This document shows, piece by piece, positions 63,830 through 64,000 of a stretch of DNA of 64,000 nt (its first letter is position 1; every line of letters starts with the position of its first letter). A program made the translations under genes and the position numbers. The stretch is taken from positions 46,728,230 to 46,792,229 of the forward strand of contig NC_057719.1 in the NCBI RefSeq assembly GCF_004010195.1. The letters run 5' to 3'. The notes under the pieces were generated by a model that was not told the origin of the DNA, made no database searches, and saw only the letters and a list, made by a program, of their open reading frames with translations. The DNA comes from Chiloscyllium plagiosum. Its lineage: Eukaryota.

Positions 63830-64000
63830 CTCTCATTTTACATACTTCATGTCACTTTCCTGAGAGTATCCTTCTATTGTTTTCCCCATCACACACTTAT
63901 TTAGTTTCCCCATGAATACATCTGCACTATTTAGCTCCCCCACTCCATGTGGTAGTAAATTCCTCACACTTTCACTTCTTCAGCTTCTCATGAATTCCTT
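63830..64000 (-). mobile_element. Old CR1 3' UTR remnant
   Basis: actccatgtggtagtaaattcctcacactttcac resembles the reverse of the RVVxxWNSLP region. Confidence 0.45.

Overview
Eukaryotic, repeat-rich genomic DNA with four N-gaps. The repeat families (HE1/V-SINE-like SINEs, HER1-like CR1 LINEs, Deu-domain SINE) point to a shark, possibly an orectolobiform such as Chiloscyllium (inference). No host protein-coding gene was recognised; the window looks intronic or intergenic. Contents: (1) a decayed Gmr1-type Ty3/Gypsy LTR retrotransposon at ~22.0-27.6 kb with 5' LTR, tRNA-Pro PBS, SCAN-like gag and the unusual order PR-INT-RT-RNaseH; (2) a decayed Harbinger/PIF DNA transposon at ~44-47 kb with convergent transposase and Myb/SANT remnants, plus other Myb/SANT remnants; (3) many CR1 and other LINE fragments, SINEs and Tigger-like MITEs; (4) a 26/52-bp minisatellite next to a 455-bp tandem duplication. 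The most interesting signal is about 14 short Penelope-derived terminal-repeat insertions from at least three families. Many are fold-back hairpins flanked by target-site duplications, and several carry a minimal hammerhead-ribozyme motif (CUGANGA-A-stem II-GAAA-palindromic stem III-NUH) whose stems covary between families. One insertion carries a head-to-tail tandem pair of the motif. All calls are by eye; no searches were run.
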